Positions 24,663-39,119 of a DNA stretch of 64,000 nucleotides are shown here, in pieces. A program made the translations under genes and the position numbers. The stretch comes from Camelus ferus (taxonomy: Eukaryota), in contig NC_045696.1 of assembly GCF_009834535.1 (NCBI RefSeq), forward strand, positions 26,600,001 through 26,664,000. The letters run 5' to 3'. How positions within the stretch are numbered: the stretch's first letter is position 1; every line of letters starts with the position of its first letter. The notes beneath the pieces are model-generated. The model saw only the letters and a program-made list of their open reading frames with translations, was not told the DNA's origin and ran no database searches.

Positions 24663-27550
24663 TAAACACCTGGTTTTTTAAATGAGTAATCTGATAAACC
24701 TGCGGGTAGACTGATTAAGAAAAAAATAATATATACAAGTCATCAGTACTAGGAATAAAAGAAGGGGTATCTCGTAGTTCTAAAAGTCATTAAAGATAGT
24801 AAAGGAATAGATAATTTTTTTAATTTAATAAATTAGATAAAATGGACAAATTCCTGGAAAGAAAGAAATCCATAAATTACTATAACTGACAAGAAGAAAC
24901 AGAAAAACTAAGCTGCCCCAAATCTATTAAAGGAATTGAATTCATAACTTAAAAATCCCTCTCATAAAGCTAACTTCATGTTCAAATGGCCTCGGTGACA
25001 GAATTCCATCCAGCATTCAAGGAATAAATGATCTCAGTGTACATGGCTATTTCAGGAAATAAGAGGAAGCACTTCCCACCTCATTTTATGTGGTCAGCAT
25101 TATCCTGACAACCAAACCAAAGAAAGATGTCATATGAAACGAAAAGTTTTCCCTCGTAAATACAGAATCAAAACTCTTCACAAAATATTAGCAAAGCAAA
25201 TCCAGCAAAACGCAAAGTTCTTAACACATTATGACCAAGTGAGATTTACCTTGGGAATGCAAGATTGGTTTAACATTCAACAAGTGTTAAAGTAATACAT
25301 GATATTAATAAAACAATGGGGAAAAATCATATAATTTTTTCAATAGATGCAAGCCAAAGCATTTGAAAAAATTTAGCATCCATTTTCAGTAAACAAAAAA
25401 ACTTCTTAGCATATCCCCAGCTTGATAAAGGGCATCTATGAAAAATCAACAGCTAACACCAAACTTACTGATGAAAGGCTGAATGGTTTTTGTCTACCCT
25501 TCAACTTGCTAACCATTAGGATTGGGAAGAAGGCCAAAAAAATTCTGTTTTTACCACTTTTCTTCAACACTGTGCTTGAATGTTTAGTAAGTGAGTGAAA
25601 AGAAGAAAAAAGCATTTTGGAAAAAAAAAAGTATAGTTGCCTTTATTTACAGTAGACATAATTGTGTACATGAAAAATTCTACAATATCTACAAAATAGC
25701 TACTATGCTACTTGAACAAATATTTGAGATTAGCAAAGTTGGCAAGACACAAGTTTAATATACAAGGACAATTGTGTTTTAATATAATAGCAATGAATTG
25801 GAGAATAAAATTATAAACATAATACTATTTAAAATAATATCTAAAATTAAAAAATTTAAGTATAAACAGAAAAAAATGTATGTTAGACTTGTACACTGGA
25901 AACTATAAAACACTGCTGAGAGAAATTACATGAAGTCTAAATAACATGTAGATAAAATACCATGTTAATGGACTGGAATGTTTAATGTTAAGATGTCAAT
26001 TTTCTCCAAATTGATTTATAGATGTACTACAATGCTAATCAAAATAAAAGCATGATTAGAGATTTTCTTTTTTGTAAAAATAAACAAAAATTGCTTCTAA
26101 AATCCATATGGAAATTCAAAGAACTCAGAAAGTCCAACACAATTTTGAAAGGGAATAAAAACGGGAGGATGTACACTACCTGATAGCAAGACTTACGAAG
26201 TTACAGCAATCAAAACAAGTGAGGTACTGGTACAAGTACAGACAACTGTATCAGTGGACTAGAATAGAGAGTCCAGACCCTGACCCACATATATACAGTC
26301 AATTGATTTTTAACAAGAGTAATTCAATGGAGGAAAGAATAATCTTCATCAAATGGTGTTGGAACAATTAGATATCCATCTTCAAAATATGATCCTTGAC
26401 CCTTATCTCACTTCAAATGCAAAAATAACTAGACATTGTTCACATACTTAAAATTAAGTGCTAAAACAAAAAACATCTAAAAGAAAATATGGGAGAATAT
26501 AGTGTAACATTGAGTTAGGTAAAGATTTTTTTAGAGAGGACAAAAAAAAAGCACTAACTACAAAAGGAAAACCCAATTGAACATTATATTAAAATCAATA
26601 ACTTTTGCTCTTCGAAGACATCATTAACAAATGAAAAGTAAGTAACAGGTTAGGAGAGAATCTTTTTAGTACAAATATCTGACAAAGCATGTGTATTCAT
26701 AAAATATAAAAACCTTCTACAAATCAATAATAAAAAGACAAAAACAATTTTAAAATGGGCAAAAGGTTTAAATAAACACTTCACAAAGGAAGATGCACAG
26801 ATGATTAATTCATAGAAATATGCCTAACATTAATTAACAGGGAAGTGCAAATTTAAAGCAAAGTTAGATACCATAATATGTTCACATGAACATCTAAGAA
26901 AAATAGAAGTGTTGAGAAAATGGAACTATTAGACTTTGCTCTCAGGAATTTTCATTGGTTCCACCACTTTGGAAAATACTTTCACATTTTCTTACAAAAT
27001 TAAACACACACTTATAAGGTCCAACAATTTCACTACTAAGTAATTATTCAGGAAAAAGAAACACCTATGATTTCACAGAAACTTGGACTGAATATTCATA
27101 GCAGTATTATTCCTAATAGCAAATATTGTAAATAACATAAATGCCTATCAACACATGAACAGATAAACAAATGGTATTATATTCATACTAGGAATACCAT
27201 TCAGCAAGGGAAAGGAATGAACTAATGATAATACACAATGTGAATAAATGTCAAAAACTTATTCTGAGCAATAGAAGCCAGACATAAAACATACATATAA
27301 TTCTCCTAGAAAAATAAATCTAATCTATCGTGACATAAATAGATCAGTTAATGGCTTGTCTGGAGCTAGAAGTGGGTCAGGGAGAGACTAACAATAAAAG
27401 CATGTGGGAACATTTTAGAAAGCTAGAAATATTCTAGTTTGTGTTGATGATCACCCAGCTGTACACATTTGCCAACACTTATAGAACTATACTCTTAAAA
27501 TGGATACACGTTATTATAGGTAAATTACACCTTAATAAAATTAATTTGAA
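24663..27550 (+). mobile_element. Old L1, ORF2 through 3'UTR, degraded
   Basis: Collinear L1 ORF2 landmarks (AATGGACAAATTCCTGGAAAG, GGAATGCAAGATTGGTTTAACATTC, AAATGGTGTTGGAACAATT, AAAATGGGCAAAAG) ending AATAAAA. Confidence 0.95.
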
Positions 27551-28599
27551 ATGTATAGGAGAAAAATGAGACAATAAAATATTTTAATTTAGATAGAAAT
27601 AAAATTATATGACTTTAACACACAAGACAAATGAAGGATTCATTTCTAAACTTGATGTATTTTTTTATTATTATTTATTTTCCAAAAGATAGCTGACTGC
27701 TTGTGGTTTGTAACTTTATTAAAGGGCATCAGTAAACAATTTCCCTTTGATTTGTGTTTTAATCACACACCTGATAAATCTATGACCAGTAATTTTCAGA
27801 ATGATTTTCTTCAGTAATTTTCAGCAGATTTCTAAGATATGAATCTGGTATATGACTAGGAATTATAGAGATCACTGTCTTATGAAAAATATATCCTACC
27901 ACCTGAAAAATGAATCCAGCAGTGACAGAGCTGAAGTTGCCCTTGCTGAAGAAGGTGAGAAAAGGTGTTATACTAAGTCATTCCAGGGTTTTGGCTTTGT
28001 TTGCAATCTGCAAGGGATTGAGCAACCTTGCGAAATCATGGTTATTTCCGGGAAATTAAAATAGACTTGTCACATAATATAATTCTGTTCACAGCCTTAG
28101 CTTTGTTCTAAAGCACAGTTAACTTTAGAAGAGCGCAAGAAGGGTATTGTTTTTAAAATATCTTTGAACCTGGGAACAAATCAGTGTGTCCAAAAGATAA
28201 TTGTGCCTGGTTAGAGAAGTAATTGGTTTAAGAAATTAAGCAGTGAAACCCAACAGGGTTATCTTTCAAGTTAAAGCTCACCCTAACAATGGGCACAGAA
28301 AAATAAGGGTTCATTTGAACTGGGTCTTTGTACTTATGATAACCACATCTGCATTAAGTGCCAGCAAGCTGGTCACTATGCTGGAGAAAAAGATAGACAG
28401 CTTTGCTTCTGTAAATCAAATGTCATCAAACACAACAGAGTTTTTATGAAGAATGGAAAAAAAAAAGAATGTAAAAAAATAACAGAAAACCAAATATGGT
28501 AAGAATCAAAGTTTAGGGGAATGGAGAGATAAAACAGAGGATGTGCAGATGAGAAAAAAGAACCACCTCCATTACACTGGAGGCCCTTGATGAGAGCAA

Positions 28600-28800
28600 A
28601 CATTGCTTTAAAGCAGAGACTATGTGCCAGTCACTTACGTGTTTTGTGTAATTTAAAAGTCATCACAATACGCTGCATAACAGGAACTCTTATAACATCA
28701 CATCCATTGAACAGAAAATGGGACTAACCTGCCCAAGGCCATATAACACATAAGTTATGAAACTGAGATATGAATCTTTAACAGTACAGTTTCAAAGGCC
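28600..28800 (-). mobile_element. MIR fragment
   Basis: ACTATGTGCCAG...ACTAACCTGCCCAAGGCCATATAAC. Confidence 0.6.
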
Positions 28801-29552
28801 ATATGGTTACCATGAGATCTTCTTTTCTTACATCTTCCTACTCTTATCTACCTGCACAATGGATACGGGGTCCTCTCAAAGTCCTCCTAGGGCAGCAGCA
28901 CCTTCTGAACATCCAGAACCCAGCTGAGATGATGGGCAGAGTCAGCATCAGAGTGCGGGGATGGGAGAGGAAACACAGCTCTAAGGGAGGGACCTACAAG
29001 GCCCTTCTGACAAATGATGCCCATGACTCTTTTGGGCACCAGGGTCCAGCTGGGGAGTGTAAGTCAACCTGCTCCTACAGTCAGCAGAAGAAAATATACA
29101 TCCTAAGTCAGTGATTTACTATGAGGACAATACAGAGGGTTATTGCTCTACACTAACTGTCTAAGGAGGGCATGTCATGTACCTAAAAGGGAAAGCAAGC
29201 ACATCCTTACTTAGACTCCTTTCAACCTCTTCTAACCATTACACTGACTTGTGTGGGAACAAGCACAAAGGTAGAAGGGGTCAGGATGCAGCTGTGGGGA
29301 TTTTGAAGATGAACAAAGAAAATAAAGTCCTTGAAAACTAGAAGGAATTCTAATGTTATAGAAACTGATTTCTGTGTAATGGTTTATAAAAACGGATAAA
29401 TGACCAGGAAAGAAAATATATCTCCTTAGGTCTGTTGAAGAATATGTTCCCTCAGATACTAGCTTACTCCATCTAGACTATAATGACTAGAATATGATGA
29501 CTTAAGCAAATATGCCTTTAAAAACCTAAGCCTATTAAGACAGGAGGCCAAG

Positions 29553-29910
29553 AGTCATAACAACAAACCACTTCAAATTTAGTGGAGTAAAACAAAAATA
29601 TTTTTGTTTTAAGCTCATGCATTTTGCCAGTGCAAACTTTGGACAGTGCACAGTGAGACTGCTTGTCTCCAATATGTCTGGGGGCCTTGGCTGGGGAGAC
29701 AGAGATGACTGTGGAGGGCAGCCATCGAAGGCATTGTCACTCACATGGGAGGGCTCAATGGCTGGGCGCAGTTAGAACTGTCACCTGCAATGCCTACACT
29801 AGAGCTTCCTTCACAGCATGGAAGCTTCAGCATTGTCAAACCTCATTCATTGTGGTTCAGGGGTCAAAGAGAGATTGTACCTGCAAAGAAAATCATGACC
29901 TTCTATTCAA
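29553..29910 (-). mobile_element. MaLR LTR (old MLT1 subfamily)
   Basis: TAACAACAAACCACTTCAAATTTAGTGGAGTAAAACAA (antisense MLT1 3' end) and ATGTCTGGGGGCCTTGGCTGGG. Confidence 0.7.
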
Positions 29911-30467
29911 TTCAATTAAATCCCACACAGTGAATGCTTAACAATGTTAAAAGTTTTCTGTAATATACCCATCTTCTCTGGTCTCAATTCCTGTGTTCTA
30001 GAAATCTTCAAGAACTGGTAGTGAGTATGGAGAATGTTTCTATAACAGAAGTTATGGCAACGAAACCCTTGTCTTCAACGGTATGGTGATAATTATACAT
30101 GGAGAGATAGCATGTTGAATATTAAATCATATCTTCAGAAATTTAACTTCTAACATTGTTCCTGAGCAACATTGTATCTTGTCCGTGTTAGGTCCTCATT
30201 AAATGTTACACTTCATTAAGTTTATTATTAAGTTGTATTACTTTTAATGTCAGCTGGCAAAATCTTATCCTTCATCAAAGCATAGTTAAAGTGCCACTTA
30301 TTTTGTGACATTCACTGCCCCTTCCCAGCAGACATAGCTTCACAAACATGGCTCTGCCTTTTGGGCTGGGTAGCAAGCTCATTAAAAAGAATAAAAAGGT
30401 CTTATTTATCTTTTATTCCCAGGATAGGGTACAGAGCATAGAACATATTCAAATATCTCTAGCTTAT

Positions 30468-30830
30468 AAACTCAGAAACAGAGAATAGAACAGTGATGGG
30501 CAGGGGCCGGGGGATGAGGAAAATGGGAAGATGTTGATCAAAGGGCAAACTTTCCAGTTATAAGATGAATAAATTCTGAGGATTTAATGTAGAGAATGGT
30601 AAGTGTAGTTAACAATACTGCATTATGTACTTGAAAGTTGCTAAGAGTGTAGATCTGAAATGTTCTTATCACACATACTCAGGCAAAGTGGTAATTATGT
30701 GAGTGATGGAAGTGTTAACCTTATCGTAGTAATCATTTCATAATATATACATGTATCAGATCATCATGTTGTATGCCTTAACCCTACACAAAGTTATATT
30801 TTAACTTTATTTCAATAAAGATAGAAAAAA
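30468..30830 (+). mobile_element. L1 3' end (L1MA-like), 5'-truncated
   Basis: TTTCCAGTTATAAGATGAATAAATTCTGAGGAT...TTGAAAGTTGCTAAGAGTGTAGATCT...TTTCAATAAAG. Confidence 0.88.
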
Positions 30831-31189
30831 ATAGGGAAAAAACCCAAATATAACTGGCTTAAAGTGATTAACACAGTAAAAGATGGAAAAATAAAATAGT
30901 TTACCAAATGAAGCCAGAAATTCTTGAAAAGCAGATTGAAAACAACCACAACAAAAACCTCCTTTTAAAAGGGTAAAGGCCAGTCTTTTTTCCTTCATGT
31001 TAAGTATAACAAATATTTGATAAATATTTGGGTTATGAGCCATACCAGGTTGTGAACTCCATTAGTAAAATTGAGTATGTCTTGTAATACTATCAAAACT
31101 GTGGAAAGAGATAACAATGACAACAAAAATGCAGGAAGGACATTTAACAGAAAAAGAAGTAGGGAAATCCATGGGGAAGTGGACCACAT

Positions 31190-31330
31190 GGACCAAGTGT
31201 TGCTGCAGGGCAGACCTGCTGTAACCTCTCCTAGGGGCTTGTCAGGCACCTAGGCACCACCTAGGACCTCCTGAATCAGAATCTGTATTTCAGCAAGACC
31301 TCAGGATGCATTAATGGTTAATGAGAAAGT
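31190..31330. mobile_element. MER5-like hAT DNA transposon fragment
   Basis: GACCTCCTGAATCAGAATCTGTATTTCAGCAAGACCTCAGG resembles the MER5A core. Confidence 0.55.
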
Positions 31331-32302
31331 CAGATAAATTTGAGGGGCTTTTTTTTTTTTCAATTTTTCAGTTCTCCAAATGGTTTCCCAAATGTCTTAG
31401 ACTACACAGTTTTTCAGATGGCAAAGATTCGGTTGCTGGCTTTTGATCAATTTTTTGTATTAGCACCGTTCAGTTTCGGTATCTGCTGAAGCAATCTGAA
31501 AGAATTTTCTTTATCACAACCAGTCAGCTGCAAAAAAGCTGTGGAGAGGTTTAGAAGTGCTATTTGCAATGGGCATAGAATAAATGTGGCTTGTTGCTTT
31601 TTGCCTGAAGACAGAAGTTGCTTGGAGGGAAATTCCCCAGCTGTAACAGAATGCCTCCATGATATACTTTAACCAATTTAGTTTTCAAAATTTGGGACAA
31701 ATCTTATTTCTTGTTATCAGTTATAGTTATATTTGTGAATTACATCAATGTTAATGAACATTAATTTGAATTTTAAAAGGATGCTTTTTCTTGTCTTAAA
31801 GAACAACTAAAATTGAAGCATCTCATTCTGCTTAGAAGAATGACTGACTTCCATTTTACCCTTTTTTATGTGCCATAAATACATACATCAAATAGACTTT
31901 TTTTTTTCCCCTGAGGCTTGATTAAGGTCAAAAAAAAAAAAAAAGAGAAAGGAAAAAGCTGTATTCCTCTCTCCTCTTTTTGATCTGATGAAAGCCCCGA
32001 AATGAAATTAATATTGATTTACCCTAAGCAAGGACAGATGTTTCAGGTGGGTATATATGTTTATAACAGGCCTATTATTGATAGATGGGAAATACGGGGA
32101 CATCACTAGAAAGTGGAATTATGATTCAGTCATGAAAAGAAGAAAGCGGGATTTCCATTTTGTAAGGCTTCAGGCCATAACTAGACCAATCTGTTTTTCT
32201 CAGCAATAATTCAGACAGCATAAACAGTCAGAATGACAATTGGAATCATGTATCTGACTTTGTATTTGCACAGTCCAGGTGTTATGTGTATCTGCAGCCA
32301 TC

Positions 32303-32800
32303 TGTGGTAGACAGAATAATGGCCCCCTAAGTCCATGTCCTAATTCTGGGAGCTGTGACTATTTTAGGTTACACAGCAAAGGGCAATGGAGGTTGCAATA
32401 GGAATGTAAATTGCTAATAAACTGGTCTTACATAAGGAGATTACCCTGGATTACCTGGGTGGGCGCAAGACCATCACGAAGACCCTTAGAAGTGGGAGGG
32501 GCAGGTAGAGGTGAGAACCAGAGAGACAGCGGAAGGAAAAGAACTCTGCTGACATTGCTGGCTTTGAAGATGGAGGAAGGGGGCCGTGAGCCGGGAATGT
32601 GGGCCACTGCTTGAAACTGCAAAGGGCAACAAGGATTCTCCTAGAGCCTCCAGAAAGAGATACACCCGCCGATGCTTTGATCATAGCCCTGTGAGATTGG
32701 GTTGAGCTTCTGATATTCAGAATTAGGAGATAAAAACATTTGTGGTGTTTAAGCCACTAAGTTTGTGGCATTGTCACAGCAGTAATGTAAAACAAATACA
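32303..32800 (+). mobile_element. Complete MaLR solo LTR (MLT1D-like)
   Basis: TGTGGTAGACAGAATAATGGCCCCC...AAGCCACTAAGTTTGTGG...AAATACA; TG/CA ends; 5-bp TSD CCATC/CCCTC. Confidence 0.92.
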
Positions 32801-32869
32801 CCCTCTTACCATGATTCCTACTTCCACCTGCAACCACAGAATAGTAACACTACAACCACAGAATAGTCA

Positions 32870-33090
32870 TGGCTACCACGTAGCATACATTGAACCCCTG
32901 CTTGCTATGTGCTAGGAACTTAAAATTTATTATTTTATTTCTTACAAACCTGTGTCCCCCCAAAATCCTAAATTTATGAATGAGGAAATTAAGCCTTATA
33001 GAAAATAACTTGTCATCAAGTCACGGTTGAGCAAAGATTTGAATATAGATATTTCTAACTTATTTCAAAGTCTGAACACTTTCTAGTAAA
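32870..33090 (-). mobile_element. MIR fragment
   Basis: CTATGTGCTAGGAACT...TTTATGAATGAGGAAATTAAG. Confidence 0.55.
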
Positions 33091-36000
33091 CCCACTGTCT
33101 CTTGGTAAAATGTAAACATTAGTTGAATTACTCTAATAACTGAATCATCACTAAATAAGAACTAAACTCAAGAGCTGTGTAGCTATGTGTTATTATCCAG
33201 AAACAATCCCTAAGTTTCAGTAATTAAATACATTTGTTGTTATAGGACACAGTGACAAAAATCTGTAGCTAGAAATTGAATCAATATGTAGTTGTCCTTT
33301 GAAGGCTAGATTTGAAGGCTATACTTAGGCTTTGAACACATAAATTATTATGTGTGCTGACCCCAAACAGTTACTTCATGGTTATAACAAATAATTGGAA
33401 CGGCCAATACACTATTTTGCATTGTTATATGCATTTCTTTCACAAGAAAGAGAGACATTCTTTCCCAGCTAATAGGGAATGAATACATCTCCTTGGGAGC
33501 GATCTACTACTGTGGTTCTGTTAGAATAATCACAAGCCACTGTTATCTTCTTTACCAGCACAGTATCCTCTCAAGCACTGTTTTCTCTGCAATAGTAGGA
33601 AAGTGTTTCCTAGAGCTCTTCTCTCTTCTGGTGGCTTTATTCCCTGGTCAACCTGCAAACATTGCTTTACCACTTGTGATGATGCTCTGTGTTTTCCCTC
33701 ACACTTTCTTGCCCACTTGCTGGGAGAGAGGCCAGTGGAGTCTTTATTTCTGCTGAAAGCAGTACAGATAGCCATGATTAAAAGTCAAGAATTCATGTTT
33801 CCAACAGCATCACTAGTTGGTGACAGCTGACTCTATTGCCCGGCAGGCAATTTTAGTGCCATCTTATCAGGTATGCGATTTCCACCTGATATGTAATTTG
33901 GATCCTGGCCTCTTGCTTCTTTAGCTGTCAGACGGTGGGCCTCCTAGAGCAGCACATTGCTCGGATGCTAGAGGGAAAGGACTGACTCCCATTCTTCAAC
34001 AGGCCGTTAAAGGAGTCCCATCTGGTGGACCCTGTAGCCTTCTATGTTCCCCTTTGGAGCAGGATGGGAGAACATTATACTGGTAGCAAAATCAGTGAGG
34101 ATGTAGTGAGGAGAACAAGCCTTTCTGTGATAATTCAGAACTAACTAGAAATATTTTCTTTTGCTTCAGAAATAAAATAAAATTTTAGAGTGAACTGAAA
34201 TTGAAATTAAAATAAATTCTTAATTTTGAATATGTAGGCTTAAAGGATATGTTTGGGGCAGCCAAATTTTTCCTACATTTGAGGCTAAAAGAGAAATGTT
34301 TTATAAATTATTTTCTCAATATCTTTAATTCAAAGACTCCCTTTTTACTAGAGTCTAGAAGGTTACCTTTTATTATTCAAATGTAAATGTTTCATGAATG
34401 GGATATATTTAAAAATATAAACAAATTTTAAAAAATATTTCTGTGAGACTCAGGGAAGGGCTGAAATTTTTGTGTTAATATTGAATCCAAGAAATTAGAC
34501 TGACTCTCTGTGCCTTGTAAAGACCAAAGTAATTATGTCCCATGATGTTTATGTAGGTACAATAATACCCAAATCCTTCTTTTCACAAGATGTTAATTCT
34601 ATTTGAAAAATATCAAGATATTTTGGAAGACACACAAATTCTTCCAGTCACCGCTGCTCAAATCTATATTTACAAATGAAGAACAAACCTATTAGGTTAC
34701 TGAATACTCACGTCTCAAATTTACTGAGAGTAATTTGTTAGAGAGGAACAGCTAAATCATATTTTAACACTGACTTTACCTGTATTACAGAAATGTGCTT
34801 TCCAATTGGCTCGCCAAATCAGAATCTAATCTCTCAAAGCATAAGTCTCACCCTGATATTTTCCATTTGAAATGGTTTCCTTGCTTAAGGAGTCAAGAAG
34901 AAAAACACAACTAAAACAATGTCCTGCTGCTCACCCATAAACACGTCCAGATCTCCCAGGCCCAAATACTTCTGAATCAGATAACAAACTCCTAGAGCTG
35001 TGTGCTGGTTTTTTTCCACATTCTGTTTGGAAATCAGTCTACTTCATCACCACTTGGGAATTCTCCACCATTAAGTCCTCTGCCTTGTTTTCAAACTGGG
35101 AACCATCATTTTGCCTGGCCTGGTTTGAAATCTGATTGTCTACCAGCTTCCAATCTGGTACCCTCTGGTGTGCTGTACTGACATTTGGCTCTCACAGTTT
35201 CATGCTGCTAAAACTCTAAGTTTTGATGTCCTGTGTGCTGCCCAAACCCCTGAGGGCACTCTATATCCAGACCCCTCATGTCTGGTGAGAAGAAATCACG
35301 TATTGAAAACTCATGTTGATGTTTTCATTTGCCTTAATGACTTTGCGAGTGAGTAAATTGGAAAATAATGTTCCTAAAGTACTGTTGCTAGGAAGATGGT
35401 TAATGGTGTAGCACAGAAAATATCTCAAGAGAGAGTCTATGCTCAGGTTGGGCCCCAAAGTGTAAGTGGCTCTTTCTGCCAAAGACATCAGAATAAAACA
35501 CCACTATTCCCAGGGGTGGCGAGAAGGCAGATTGTTGTCAGGACACCTGTGCACAAAGAGGGCTCAGATTCGAAAAGGGGAGAGCCAGCCTTGGCAACAA
35601 CAAGGCAGGCAGACAGCAGATACTTTTCTGCACACCTGAAAGGAGGACATAATTAGTGAGACTGAAGGTCTTGAAATGCAGACTAAGAACTAGTGATGAG
35701 AGCATTAAAACAAAGAATTGCCAATCAAGGAGTGGGAGGTTTGAGACAACCAAGAAGTCTATACAGTTTCGGGAAGAGGGAAAAATTGGATGTGGATTCT
35801 TTTATCCAAATAAGTTAAAGTCTGCTATCATTTCTCTAATAAAGTATCACCAAGTTTCATACCAGAATTCCACAGTTCATCCGCTATGGGCTTTGTATGT
35901 AATTATGCTGAAATTCCCTGTGTAGCAAAAGATAGAACTGACACTCTCAATTGTTGGATTCAGTCATTCTTCACCAATCCTTGTCTTGCTGCCATGGAGT

Positions 36001-36301
36001 TGTAGTTCCTGTGATATTATACAGTGGTGTCGGCCTCAGTTCCTTCGAGGGGACCACTGAGCAGATTCCAGTGCTCACTTGTGGAGCAGGGGGAGACCAG
36101 CACACGTGAACAAACCAACACAGACCAGTGACATTCCTCAGGGAAAGCTGCCTTTAAAAGAGTTTTCTTTGTGTCTAGAGTACACCGAGGAGGGAAGGAG
36201 CCTGCTTTTCTGCTCTCAACATAGCATCATCTTTACACAACAGTAACCATGCAAGCCCAGGATGATGGGAACACAGTGATGGTAGCTTCACATATTCTTT
36301 G

Positions 36302-36440
36302 CAGTAGCCCAGCGTGGTTAGTGGGAGCTTGGACTTTGGAGGGAGACTGCCTGGGTTGCAATCCTGGCCTTGCTTGATTCCATTTTTTCATTAGCGAGGA
36401 TAACTTACATCTCGTTTGGTTGTAGATGTTCATCTGTTTT
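36302..36440 (+). mobile_element. MIR 5' fragment
   Basis: CAGCGTGGTTAGTGGGAGCTTGGACTTTGGAGGGAGACTGCCTGGGTTGCAATCCTGGC. Confidence 0.7.
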
Positions 36441-39119
36441 TTTCTACAGGGATATTGGAAAGATTCAAAAACGACCACTCCATAGCTACCATTTTTTTCA
36501 GAATCCCCTTTGCTTATTTTTGAAAAAGAGAAGTTATCTTTATGATATATGTTCTTTCTTGCCTAAAAGAACATACCATGTTGATTATTTTAAGGAAATT
36601 TGGGTAGGGGCCGTTAAGTTTGGCAAGCAGGCTGGGCCACACAGTATCCAGGCTCACATTTAAGCATACATACCATGGCTCAGTCTCTCCTAATACTGAG
36701 GCAAGAAAGGGCGTCATGAACTTCTAATTTCTTTATTCTCTTTCACCTTGGAAGGAATGTAAACTGTTTGAATACAAAAGAGTTTTGTTGAGCCACCATT
36801 TTACAGCTTATTTTACGTTTAGATTTCTGTTTACAAGTGTATTATAATGAATATATTATAACAGATACACTATTATCTGTGAACATGCATTATTAGGATG
36901 AAAATGTCCCTCACATATTCTTGTCTTTGGAATAATAGCAGCCAAATAAAAGGCAAAACCAAAGTTTCACCTGCAAGGAAATGAGGATGATTATGAGTTT
37001 GGAATAACGGAGAAAATCTAAGACAGATACTGCTATTGGAAAAGCTTCTAAAATAGACCTCCAGCAGCATAAATCCCCCGTAAACAATCACGTATTATCA
37101 AGACTGTGGAGATTTAGGTTTGTCTCTTCTTAGTTTTGTTTGTCACTGAAGTAGTAACAGAGGTAATTTTCTACTGAATTAAAATAAGCTGTGGCAGTTC
37201 TTCACAGATCATAGTACACTTTAATAATAAGGCCTATTATTGTTAACAGGGGGAGAGTGATTCCACCAGATGACAAGCCGGATGCACCCCTTGGTGCTCA
37301 TCTATAGTGGTTAAATGGGATTTAGTGAATTGTTAACAAACCGGGGTAATATGAATAAATGCATTTTATTGCCACTTTTGAGATAAAAAATATTTCTATA
37401 AATTGAATTTCTAATGTTTTAATCTCCTTTAATTCAAATATTATTATTGTGCCAGTAGTTAACTTAAGAACAAATGGGCAAGGTTGAAATGAGGTAGCTT
37501 TTGATGACTAGGGGAGAAACTACCAATGACTCGCGCTACACTGCGATGGAACGCTGTACTGAAAGATCGAGCGAGCTTCCTTGAAAGCCGTGCTAAGAAA
37601 CAGCATTCATGTATCTGATAGAGGCTTGAACATGTTGCCCTTAATATTACACAGTGATTCTCGAATGCTGTCATTTCAGAGGTCATGTCTGAATCCATAT
37701 CAAGATAGTGTGTGTAGGACAGTGCAACATACTCTATCGATATTATTATAATTGCAAATTTTTACCTTTTTCCATAAAAGTCGTACATGTAGAGTAAGAC
37801 CTTCACATGGTTAAAAATGATCAATCAGTAAAGAGAGTATTAAGCAAAAATAAAATGTTCCTTATCCTCATTCCCATCTCCTATATGTAGTCAGATTTAA
37901 CTATCACTTTGTAATATTTTTAGTTAACCAAAATCAAAATAATACACTCATGTCTAAAGTCTTTCTTTATTAAACTTAAACACTATCTATTGCTTTCCTG
38001 CCAATAAAAAATAATGAATTCACCATTACCTGTCCTCTGCTCCCAGTCTTCCATGTAAATTGCTACAATTTAGTTCATCTGCTACCTTCTCTTCTTGTTC
38101 TAACCTCTAGTTAGTGTTCCACCAATTTTAAACAAAGTTTACTCTCCACTTTTACACTTGAATAGACACTTTAACTTCCCTCTTTTTACCTGTATGCTAT
38201 CAAAGTTTATAGTATTTATATTTTGTTACTGTAATTAATTCTTCAGTACTTTGCCTATAGAGTCTAAAAATTGAAAATCAATAAACTGTGCTTTCGATTT
38301 GGTGATTATTTACATATCACACAGTGCAACTAAGCAGAGTGATTGCACTTGAAGAGAAAATTATGCTGTCCTATGTGCCATTTGAAGGAGAATGTTGTAA
38401 GTTTCAAGGTCAGATGGATTTATTTTATCTTCACAGTTGCTCAAAAGAATGCCTGATTTGGGAGATCCAAGTTCCCTAATACTCATTGTAATTAACAATA
38501 TATCTCTTTCTTCTGGGAAGCAAGTTAGATTGGAATTGGAAAACATACATATTTTAATATGTCACAGTAGGATCTGTTTGTTCTCCTTCCAGAAGAAACA
38601 TTATGCATTTTGTAATGAGAAGCAAGAAGATAAAAAGTATGCGAAATTCTTGTAAAACATCTTATTCTATCTAAATATTATGTTTGTGTTCTCCTTTAGT
38701 TTTCTATTAAAGAATAGAGAGGGATCTGCACAGTCTCAGATGAGGTCATGGAGCTGTGATTTGGTATCATCATGGCTCATAATTTATTCTCTAGGGATTA
38801 ACAAGAGGGTGCAATAATATCTCCATTTTAACAGAGTTCTCTGTTGAGGGTACAAAGCTTTGTGACAAGCTGAACAAAAGCTTCTAGGTGTCTCTTTAAG
38901 ACCAAATGAACCATACAATTGGTAATTTCTCTTTAGACAACAAAGAGTCAAACACTAATAGATAGCATCATAACCTTGCTTGGTGTTTGTGGCTGAAACT
39001 ATCATGTCCATTTTTATCATGTGCCCCTCCACTTTGGTTGGCCGTGGGATTGAGTGGAACGTGGATAGGAGTGATGGAAGCCACCCCTCAGACAGGCCCC
39101 TAAAATGTCCTGCACATTC

